A DNA stretch of 10,658 nucleotides from Fidelibacterota bacterium (GTDB taxonomy: Bacteria > Fidelibacterota > Marinisomatia > Marinisomatales > TCS55): the NCBI GenBank assembly GCA_027251445.1, contig JAPNQO010000093.1, positions 1-10,658 of the forward strand. Direction: 5' to 3'. Under the pieces are notes generated by a model. That model was not told where the DNA came from and searched no databases. It saw only the letters and a list, made by a program, of their open reading frames with translations. The translations under genes and the position numbers were made by a program. This document shows, piece after piece, positions 1-8,073 of the stretch. How positions within the stretch are numbered: the first letter of the stretch is position 1; each line of letters opens with the position of its first letter.

Positions 1-499
<499 letters not shown>

Positions 500-552
500 A
501 ATTTTTCTCTTTGTAAACGACTACTACGTTATCTCCATAGCTTTTGAAATAA

Positions 553-671
553 TTCCGGCGACCATAGCATAGGGGCAACACCCGTTCCCATTCCGAACAC
601 GGCAGTTAAGACCTATAGCGCCGATGATATTGCGCGGGAAACCAGCGTGAGAAAGTAGGTCATCGCCGGGA
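553..671 (+). rRNA. rrf: 5S rRNA
   Basis: About 119 nt. Terminal helix TTCCGGCGA (553-561) pairs with TCGCCGGGA (663-671). Contains conserved CCCATTCCGAACAC and GAGAAAGTAGGTCATCGCC. Lies about 55 nt after the 23S. Confidence 0.97.
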
Positions 672-677
672 ATAATT

Positions 678-708
678 AAAAAACCCTCTGTTTACAGAGG
701 GTTTTTTT
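678..708 (+). terminator. Intrinsic terminator of the rRNA operon (symmetric A/T flanks, potentially bidirectional)
   Basis: A6-CCCTCTG-TTTA-CAGAGGG-T7: perfect 7-bp stem (684-690/695-701) followed by a T-tract, directly after the 5S. Confidence 0.93.
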
Positions 709-723
709 GTGATCTTTAACACA
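708..723. promoter_or_regulatory. CRP-family binding site candidate upstream of the four-gene cyclase unit
   Basis: TGTGA-TCTTTA-ACACA: 9/10 match to TGTGA-N6-TCACA and 13/16 to the E. coli CRP consensus core TGTGATCTAGATCACA. Intergenic, 63 nt before the ATG at 787. Confidence 0.6.
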
Positions 724-786
724 TTCGTTTATATTGTTTTGGTATAACAGGAACAAATCCGGTAAATTCTATATTAAAGGTATTTA

Positions 787-1962
787 ATGAAGCTGCAATC
801 AAAGTTATTAATTTATTTATTGTTTTTAGTTTATTCACCGCTAAAGGCGCAGAATGTTACTTTAACTGGTACAATATATGATTATGCTACCTATTATGTC
901 TCTAGCTTTGATCCACAGACAGGCGCTTCGGATTTTCAATTATTTCGATATACTCTTAGTTCAGACTCTTATCCAGTCTGGGTAAAAATTTCATTCCGAG
1001 CAACAATGGTTTCTCCAGCTCTTGGAATAAATACAGAAACCGCTATACTTGATTTGTATACCTCAGCTTTCGTTGTTGAAAATGATATTATTCTTGATAA
1101 TAGAGACCTTTCAACATCTACTACGCAATTAATGGACGTAACAGGTGCGCCTATAGATTTATCTGTCTATATACAAGATGTAATTGACGTAGCAGATTTA
1201 AATTCTATGTTAAGCGCAATTATGACAACAGGAAGATTGGCTGATGGTGATTATACTTTTCAATTTGGCGTTGCTTCAGGATCTACAAAGGGAGAATGTG
1301 AATCAGCAACTCCAGTATACGAGTCCAGAACAATATCTGTTGAATCTCCAAGTGCAATTGGTCTTGAATATCCTGGAGGATCATTATCGGATACTGCTTC
1401 CACATCAATTTATACAACGTATCCTTTATTTATTTGGTCTTCGTCCAGTTGTAATACTTGTGAATCATATATACGTGTTTCTGAATTTAATTCTAGTATT
1501 CATTCATCAATGGATGAGGCAATTCAGGATGAGAGAAGATTGCCTTTTGATCAGACTGAACAATGGGAGAATATTGGAATAATGAATAGCTATCAATACC
1601 CCTTAAGTGGTGCCCTTCCCTTAGAATATGGCAAAATTTATGTATGGCAAATTAAAAATGAGATTTCAACGACTTCTGGTGGAAATGAGATTCTTTCACC
1701 AATATATGCTTTTAGAATTCAAGAAATTGGAGACGGTTCAACCACAACTTCATACCACCCAATTGTTCAAATTCTTCAACAGGTTTTAAGTGATGATCAA
1801 TTTAATTCTCTTTTTGGCGCAAGTGCGCAATTGGATGGTTATGCTCCTACAGGAAACTATACAATTAATGGAAGTTCAGATGATCTTTCAAATACAATCT
1901 CTATTTTAAATCAAATATCAAGCGGAACTGCATCGATAACAAATGTCCAAGTGCAAGACTGA
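787..1962 (+). CDS. Secreted hypothetical protein (391 aa), Ser/Thr-rich, probable tandem Ig/FN3-like beta-sandwich domains
   Basis: AAAGG SD at 776-780. Sec signal peptide ending LKA|Q. Beta-rich pattern with an FN3-like segment (LEYPG...YPLFIW...YIRVSE...QYP...LEYGKIYVWQI). The stop overlaps the next start (TGATG). Confidence 0.85.
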   Translation: MKLQSKLLIYLLFLVYSPLKAQNVTLTGTIYDYATYYVSSFDPQTGASDFQLFRYTLSSDSYPVWVKISFRATMVSPALGINTETAILDLYTSAFVVENDIILDNRDLSTSTTQLMDVTGAPIDLSVYIQDVIDVADLNSMLSAIMTTGRLADGDYTFQFGVASGSTKGECESATPVYESRTISVESPSAIGLEYPGGSLSDTASTSIYTTYPLFIWSSSSCNTCESYIRVSEFNSSIHSSMDEAIQDERRLPFDQTEQWENIGIMNSYQYPLSGALPLEYGKIYVWQIKNEISTTSGGNEILSPIYAFRIQEIGDGSTTTSYHPIVQILQQVLSDDQFNSLFGASAQLDGYAPTGNYTINGSSDDLSNTISILNQISSGTASITNVQVQD

Positions 1963-2639
1963 TGAATAAAAATTTACTACTAATAATTTTTCTATTAAAT
2001 CTTAGTCAATCTAGTTTTGCTCAGAGAATAGCTATTGCAACAAAAGCTTTGGGCTCTGTAGAAATTGAAAAAAAAGAAAAGCCAGGATTTAATAATTTAA
2101 AAGCTGGTACAATTCTTAATGATGGAGACCGAATCAGAACTGGAACTGATGGGTTTGCATTGGTCATATTTATTGATGATAAATCCCAGTTGAAAATAAA
2201 AGAAGATTCTGAGGTAACAATAACCGGTAAAAAAATTGCTTCTACAATATCAAAAAATATTCGTATGGATAATGGTACTGTGCGAGCTCAAGTTAACAAA
2301 CAACGAAAAGGTGAGTTTGTTATACAAAGTACTACATCTGTTGCATCTGTAAAAGGTACTGATTTTTGGTTTATAGCTGATTCTGAAGATGGTGATGTGT
2401 TAATAGGTCTTGAAGGTATTGTTGATCTTTTTAACGTTATTAGCGGTTTGAGTGTAGATGTTACTGCAGGCAATACTGGAACTTCTGATGATAGCGGTAA
2501 TCTTGATATTGACCCAACAAATCAAAATACAATTCCTGACGACCCATCTGATACGGAAGAAGAATCTGGCAATCAAATTGAAATAGAATTTGAAGGCCCC
2601 AACGGTGAAATCAAAAAACTATTAATTGATATTCAATAA
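1962..2639 (+). CDS. Periplasmic FecR-domain protein (225 aa) with acidic C-terminal tail
   Basis: Signal peptide ending SFA|Q. FecR-domain motifs GDRIRTG, FIDDKSQLKIKEDSEV, MDNGTV, FVIQSTTSVASVKGTDF, LEGIVDL. No N-terminal cytoplasmic anti-sigma region. Confidence 0.88.
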   Translation: MNKNLLLIIFLLNLSQSSFAQRIAIATKALGSVEIEKKEKPGFNNLKAGTILNDGDRIRTGTDGFALVIFIDDKSQLKIKEDSEVTITGKKIASTISKNIRMDNGTVRAQVNKQRKGEFVIQSTTSVASVKGTDFWFIADSEDGDVLIGLEGIVDLFNVISGLSVDVTAGNTGTSDDSGNLDIDPTNQNTIPDDPSDTEEESGNQIEIEFEGPNGEIKKLLIDIQ

Positions 2640-2673
2640 ATAATTTATTTGTTAGATATAGTATAGTTCTCCA

Positions 2674-5430
2674 ATGTTGACTGGTGTTCAAGATAGGTGG
2701 TTGGAAAAGTTAATCGCATCTATTTTTCTTGTTTCAAAAATAGCATTTTCACAAGAGTCAATTTTATATCATGTCCCACCGGAAAATGTATCATCAGGTG
2801 AATCAGCAAAGATTATTGTGTCATTATTTTCTGATTCACGTGTTTTAGAAGCTAAGTTATTTGTTAGATCAACAAATTCTTTAAATTATATTGAAGAGGA
2901 TTTATCATTTACTGGGTCTAGTTGGCAATTTACTATTCCTGGTGATAGAGTAACACAATCTGGATTAGAGTACGCTATTGTAATTCGTTTAGATGATGGA
3001 AGTACTTTAGCTTTCCCACGTGGAGATCCATTAAAAAACCCATATAATTTTGTAATTGGTCCTCCTAAAAAAAGAGCTCGTTCATTTGAAAGAAGAAAAA
3101 GTTATTTCCAAGATTCAAAAGATTTTCAAACAAAAGATTTTTTAGTTTTATCTCCTGAGCCAGGTGCAACTATTACACCTGGAGATGAATTAATTGCTGT
3201 ATCATTCTTCAACATTCCTGATATAGATACAACTTCAATTCGTATAACAATTGATGGCGAGGATTATACTTCATTAGCAAGTATTGGTGGAGGAATAATA
3301 AGTTTGATACCTGGTGCTCAGGAGCCAGGACCACATTCAATTATTGTGGAAAGTATGACAAAATATGATCAGCCTATACAACCTTTGTCATGGATGTTTA
3401 ATACGGATAAAGGTGAATGGTCTATTATGGATGAAATATCATATAATGGAAAAATAGATGGCCGTGCTTCCTCTCAAGCATCTGGAGAGCAGATCGTAGC
3501 ATACTCGGAAATCAATAGTAAATTTAATTTGGATTTAAAATGGGCAGGTTTCAAAGGAACAGCAAGATTAAATACACGGGAATCACCTTTTGCTCAACCA
3601 TTAAATCGATTTTCTGGAAACTTATATTTTGGGAGATATCTTAATTTATATACGGGGGACTTTTACCCTTCACTGTCCCAGTTCACAATTGATGGAAGAA
3701 GGGTTCGTGGAATGGGTGTTGATATAGATTTAAAATGGTTCAAGCTTCAATCAGTTTCAGGTGAGTTAAATAGTCCTGTTCAACGGATGGGTGGAGTGAA
3801 TGGTGGTCTATCATTAATGAGCAATGAAACTGCAATTGATTCTGCATCTGGTAACCCAATCTTTTTTCTGGAAAGAACTGGGTATACATTTAAAAGAAAT
3901 ATTTCAGCCATGCGTTTTTCAGGAGAATTATTATCCAAATTTAAATTTGGCATTCATTATTTGAAGGCAAAAGATGATTTGGGTAGTGTTGATCGAACAA
4001 TTGATAATTATGGTACTTTTAATGTTGATAGTTCTGCCTATGCTGGATTCGCTATGGATATACCTACAGGAAATTATACCTATGATCAATTTTTACAAGT
4101 TAGCCAAGATAATAATGCTTTAGTTGATCTAGTTGAGACGAAGTGGAATTACCGTGACCCTGAAGATAACCTTGTCGTTGGCTTTGATCTTGGTGCTATT
4201 ATGGATCAGCGAAGATTAGATTTTACGTTCACTTGGAATATGAGTTTTTTTAATCGTGATATATGGGATGGCCCTATGTCATTAAGAGAAATGGATCTCG
4301 CTTTGGATGATTCACTCGATGGCATTATTGGTAGACAGTATGATGATAATGGCGTAGTTATTCAGGGAGGATTAATAGAAACAAATGATCTTCCTGATCC
4401 TGCAGGATTTAGTGACATATTTACAGTAAATATCAATATGGCTCCATTGGTTCCTATAGATGTATTATCTATTGAAGAACATCCTATTGCAACTATTGTA
4501 AATATGCCGTCCTCTGCATTTAATATGAAACTTGTTGGTAACTATCCACTAAGTAAATTTGTTGTAGAGTATCGGCAGGTAGGCCCTGAATTTATTTCTT
4601 TGGGAAACCCATTTTTAGCATCAAATATTCGAGAATTTCTGATTACAAACCGAATGGCGCTATTAGATGCAAAACTTATGTTAACAACAGGGTTTAAACA
4701 TAGAGATAACAAGATTCTTGAAACAGTTGCTAATCCTTTAAATACAAATACGGTAACATTGAATTTATCTTTTTTACCAGGGGCAGGGGCTCCTTCATAT
4801 GTTTTAAATATTCAATCGATTGGTAAAAATAATGAAAAAGAAGATTTAGATAAAATTGGAGAATCTTTTGTAGATAATAGAGATGATAATCGAGCAACAA
4901 ATGTATTATTGTCTCTAAATTATCCAGTGACTTTTCGCACAATTAAGCATAACCTAGTTCTTAATTATAATTCAGTTACTAATACCGATAAGTTATTAGC
5001 AGATCGCGCCCCTGGTTATTTCTTTTCAGGAAGTGACTCAAAGTCAATCACTCTATCTATAGCATCTAGATTTCAATCTTCATTAAGAACTATGCTTAAT
5101 GTAAGCTCTATGGATTTACTCATTCCAAGCCTTGATATGGTTGGTAATACAATAAAAAATACAATTTCTTGGAAGACGTTGGGTCTAAACGGTAAATATT
5201 CACTTCCAAAAAATAAAATTAATTTAACTGGAGGTTTTTCTTATATACGTAATAAATCACTCACAACGGTTTCAAGTATTTTTGATTTTCGTGCAGGCGC
5301 TGATTATCAATTACGTCAGGATATCGTATTAGCTTTTTCAGGACAACTGCAAGCAGTTATAAATGAGACATCAAAAGAATTTAAATTAAACACATCAGGG
5401 ATTCTTATGTCCTTTCGATATAATTTTTAA
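2674..5430 (+). CDS. Large outer-membrane beta-barrel protein (918 aa) with two N-terminal Ig-like domains; start may instead be TTG at 2701
   Basis: Signal peptide ending AFS|Q. N-terminal beta-sandwich-like segments (LYHVPP...LEYAIV; LSPEPG...ITIDGED...PGPHSIIV...WMF). Alternating hydrophobic strands from about aa 255. C-terminal beta-signal MSFRYNF ending in Phe. Confidence 0.8.
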   Translation: MLTGVQDRWLEKLIASIFLVSKIAFSQESILYHVPPENVSSGESAKIIVSLFSDSRVLEAKLFVRSTNSLNYIEEDLSFTGSSWQFTIPGDRVTQSGLEYAIVIRLDDGSTLAFPRGDPLKNPYNFVIGPPKKRARSFERRKSYFQDSKDFQTKDFLVLSPEPGATITPGDELIAVSFFNIPDIDTTSIRITIDGEDYTSLASIGGGIISLIPGAQEPGPHSIIVESMTKYDQPIQPLSWMFNTDKGEWSIMDEISYNGKIDGRASSQASGEQIVAYSEINSKFNLDLKWAGFKGTARLNTRESPFAQPLNRFSGNLYFGRYLNLYTGDFYPSLSQFTIDGRRVRGMGVDIDLKWFKLQSVSGELNSPVQRMGGVNGGLSLMSNETAIDSASGNPIFFLERTGYTFKRNISAMRFSGELLSKFKFGIHYLKAKDDLGSVDRTIDNYGTFNVDSSAYAGFAMDIPTGNYTYDQFLQVSQDNNALVDLVETKWNYRDPEDNLVVGFDLGAIMDQRRLDFTFTWNMSFFNRDIWDGPMSLREMDLALDDSLDGIIGRQYDDNGVVIQGGLIETNDLPDPAGFSDIFTVNINMAPLVPIDVLSIEEHPIATIVNMPSSAFNMKLVGNYPLSKFVVEYRQVGPEFISLGNPFLASNIREFLITNRMALLDAKLMLTTGFKHRDNKILETVANPLNTNTVTLNLSFLPGAGAPSYVLNIQSIGKNNEKEDLDKIGESFVDNRDDNRATNVLLSLNYPVTFRTIKHNLVLNYNSVTNTDKLLADRAPGYFFSGSDSKSITLSIASRFQSSLRTMLNVSSMDLLIPSLDMVGNTIKNTISWKTLGLNGKYSLPKNKINLTGGFSYIRNKSLTTVSSIFDFRAGADYQLRQDIVLAFSGQLQAVINETSKEFKLNTSGILMSFRYNF

Positions 5431-5435
5431 GAACT

Positions 5436-7973
5436 ATGGAATTATTAAAACGTTATTTCAGTGACAAGTGGATAGGGCTAACTATTACACTTTCATCAAT
5501 TCTACTTATAAGTATTCTTCACCTTTTTGGCATCTTTGATGTATTAGAGTTAAAAACTTATGATTATCGTTTAACAAATGTAAGAGGTCCGTTAACTGGC
5601 TGGGCAGCAAGTGATTCTACCTACATAAACATGGGTACTGATATAGTTCTTGTTGAGGTTGATGATGAAGCGTATAGATTAATGCCCGAGCAATGGCCAT
5701 ATCCGCGAGGAACAGTATGGGGTAAAGTGATACGAAACTTAGCTCAAGCTGGAGCGAAAGTAATTGCCTTTGATATCCAATTTGATGCCCCCGAAACAAA
5801 ATCGGAATATCTCCATGATTTTGCAGAAAAGATAAACTCAGAAGAACTTAAACAATTAATACCAAGGCATGGCGATAAAATTCTCGCTGAAGCGATCAGA
5901 GAAGCTAAGGCATATGGCACTGAAGTTATTATAGCTTCAAAAGTAGCAAGTGAAGCAAGTAGACAACCTCCACAATACATTGCTAATCCACATGAAGAAA
6001 TAATGAAAGCTGAACCAGAAACAGGGATTATAAATGACCAAATGGATGCGGATGGTTTTTCAAGAAGATATGCTCTTTTTAGCGAACTTTCTCATCAGCC
6101 AGGACGTGCCTATTTAACTCTAGGTCTTAAATCCGTAAAAGCTTTTTTAGATATTGCGGATACGACCATGCCACGATTTGATCCCAGTAATCACATTTGG
6201 AATTATGGAGATTTAGAAATTAATGCACATGGTAACAGTAATACGTTCCTTGTTAATTATTACGGACCAGCGTCTGGATACAAACTTCCTTTAGAAGAGG
6301 ATTATCCTGCAATGGGAACTTTTCCACGGTATTCGCTAGCATATATCATTGATACGGAAGATATCAGTTTAAGAGATCCGATGGAAGATATTGATTGGAT
6401 GAGCCAATTTATTCCAGGCGAACTTCCTGAATGGATTCAAGCAATTGAAGATCCTTCTGAACGTCAGGAAATGATTGATATGATGGGTTTAGGAGGTGAA
6501 TTTGATGTAACAACTACCCCATTTTATAATAAAATTGTTGTTATAGGTGTTAATATAGAAGTCATTCATGATTTTAAGAAAACTCCATACTATAATTATT
6601 TTGGTATTCAACAACTGACTCCTGGGATGGAAACTCATGCCAATGCAATCCAAACAATTATACATGCAAATTATTTTAATGTTCTTGGTAGCCGCTTAAC
6701 AAATCTTTTTTATGATTTTCAATGGTCACATTTTCTACTCATTTTATTTTTAAGCTTAATAGCATTCTTTATTTTGGACCTGGTTAATCCTATAGTCGCA
6801 GGTATTTTAATTGTGCTTGAGATTATCATTTATTATGCAGTTGTGTGCGGGCTATTCGTTGGTGATTTAAGTTGGTTTTTAAAGGATATTATGACAGGGG
6901 TGTTTCCATTAGAATTTGTTAAAGAAAATTATTCATGGTTCAATACGAAATTACCAAACATTCAATCTAGCCTTGTCATTCCTATGGTTTCACCGATTAT
7001 GGGAGTATTAGTAACATATCTTGCAAATATATTGTATCGATTCCTAATTGAACAAAAAGATAAGAAATTTTTGAAGAGCACTTTTGGACAGTATATATCC
7101 CCTCAGCTAATAGATAAAATGTTTGAGAATAAACAAGAACCAAAACTTGGTGGTGAAACAGGAGTTCATACTGCTTTCTTTTCTGATATTCAAAGCTTTT
7201 CATCTTTTACTGAAGTACTAGAGCCGGAAAAGATGGTTAATTTAATGAATGAATACCTCACAGAAATGACGGATGTTTTATTATCAAGAAATGGAACATT
7301 GGACAAGTATATCGGTGATGCAATTGTTGCTTTTTATGGCGCTCCAGTTCCAGTAAAAGATCATGAATATCAAGCCTGTATGACTGCTCTTGAAATGAAT
7401 GATAAATTAGAATCGTTAAGAAATAAATGGCGTTCAGAAGAAGGTTGGCCTGAAATTGTGCATAATATGCAACACAGAATAGGATTAAGTTCTGGTGAGA
7501 TGGTCACAGGAAATATGGGTTCTACCATGCGTATGAACTATACGATGATGGGTGATACAGTAAATATAGCTGCGAGATTAGAAGCCTCTGCAAAACAATA
7601 TGGTATTTATATCCAGGTAAATGAAAGTACATACAATTCAGCAAAGGATAAATTTGAATGGAGATTTCTTGATTATGTAAAGGTAAAAGGAAAACAATTA
7701 CCTGTGAAAGTTTATGAATTGATTGCAGAAAAAGGAAAAATTAACGATGCTGATAAAGCAGCCTTAGATGCATTTACCCATGCTCAGGAATTATATTTTA
7801 ATCAAGATTGGAATAAAGCAATTAAAGCATTTACTGAAGCAAATGAACTTGAAGATATGTTTCCTGGAAGGACTGAAAATCCTTCTAATATTTATTTGCA
7901 ACGCTGTCATCAGTTAAAAGAAAATCCTCCTGGCAAAGATTGGGATGGAGTATGGGTGTTAACGAAAAAATAA
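5436..7973 (+). CDS. CHASE2-domain membrane receptor class III adenylate cyclase (845 aa) with C-terminal TPR-like helices
   Basis: N-terminal TM. CHASE2 motifs (ELKTYDYR, IVLVEVDD, WPYPR, GAKVIAFDIQF, DADGFSRR, NKIVVIG, PGMETHANAIQTI). Three TMs follow. Cyclase motifs FFSDIQSF (D584), DKYIGDAI (K624, D628), NYTMMGDTVNIAARLE (T703, N710, R714). Ends in a WDGV motif. Confidence 0.96.
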   Translation: MELLKRYFSDKWIGLTITLSSILLISILHLFGIFDVLELKTYDYRLTNVRGPLTGWAASDSTYINMGTDIVLVEVDDEAYRLMPEQWPYPRGTVWGKVIRNLAQAGAKVIAFDIQFDAPETKSEYLHDFAEKINSEELKQLIPRHGDKILAEAIREAKAYGTEVIIASKVASEASRQPPQYIANPHEEIMKAEPETGIINDQMDADGFSRRYALFSELSHQPGRAYLTLGLKSVKAFLDIADTTMPRFDPSNHIWNYGDLEINAHGNSNTFLVNYYGPASGYKLPLEEDYPAMGTFPRYSLAYIIDTEDISLRDPMEDIDWMSQFIPGELPEWIQAIEDPSERQEMIDMMGLGGEFDVTTTPFYNKIVVIGVNIEVIHDFKKTPYYNYFGIQQLTPGMETHANAIQTIIHANYFNVLGSRLTNLFYDFQWSHFLLILFLSLIAFFILDLVNPIVAGILIVLEIIIYYAVVCGLFVGDLSWFLKDIMTGVFPLEFVKENYSWFNTKLPNIQSSLVIPMVSPIMGVLVTYLANILYRFLIEQKDKKFLKSTFGQYISPQLIDKMFENKQEPKLGGETGVHTAFFSDIQSFSSFTEVLEPEKMVNLMNEYLTEMTDVLLSRNGTLDKYIGDAIVAFYGAPVPVKDHEYQACMTALEMNDKLESLRNKWRSEEGWPEIVHNMQHRIGLSSGEMVTGNMGSTMRMNYTMMGDTVNIAARLEASAKQYGIYIQVNESTYNSAKDKFEWRFLDYVKVKGKQLPVKVYELIAEKGKINDADKAALDAFTHAQELYFNQDWNKAIKAFTEANELEDMFPGRTENPSNIYLQRCHQLKENPPGKDWDGVWVLTKK

Positions 7974-8013
7974 TATTTGTTCAATTATTTATTCAAATTA
8001 ATGCAATATATTC

Positions 8014-8029
8014 TGTGATGATCGTCACA
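8014..8029. promoter_or_regulatory. CRP-family binding site (perfect core)
   Basis: TGTGA-TGATCG-TCACA is an exact TGTGA-N6-TCACA and is palindromic at 14/16 positions. It sits in the 100-bp gap right after the cyclase gene. Confidence 0.8.
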
Positions 8030-8047
8030 ATAACAAAGTTTTATCGT

Positions 8048-8056
8048 CGGTAAATT
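8048..8056 (+). promoter_or_regulatory. Candidate -10 element (CGG-TAAATT) of a class II CRP-type promoter
   Basis: TAAATT at 8051-8056 keeps the key T,A...T positions of TATAAT. Taking it as -12..-7 centres the CRP box at -41.5. The same 9-mer CGGTAAATT occurs at 760-768. Confidence 0.5.
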
Positions 8057-8073
8057 AGTTAGTTAAATTCGGA

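Noticed and set aside
500..786. tRNA near the 5S gene
   Set aside because: The spacers are too short and lack a cloverleaf or T-loop motif.
1450..1461. CNTC (CxxC) in the first CDS as a heme c or redox motif
   Set aside because: There is no following His (CNTCE) and no thioredoxin context; a structural disulfide is more likely.
2640..2673. TATAGT repeats as an internal promoter before the barrel gene
   Set aside because: This is a short AT-rich gap with no supporting -35 or operator and cannot be distinguished from chance.
2674..5430. Calling the barrel a TonB-dependent siderophore receptor because of the adjacent FecR-domain gene
   Set aside because: There is no recognisable TonB box, plug or STN motif, no ECF sigma gene, and no obvious Fur box.
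8014..8029. The palindrome as a terminator for the cyclase gene
   Set aside because: The stem is weak with no T-tract; the sequence and spacing fit a CRP-family operator much better.
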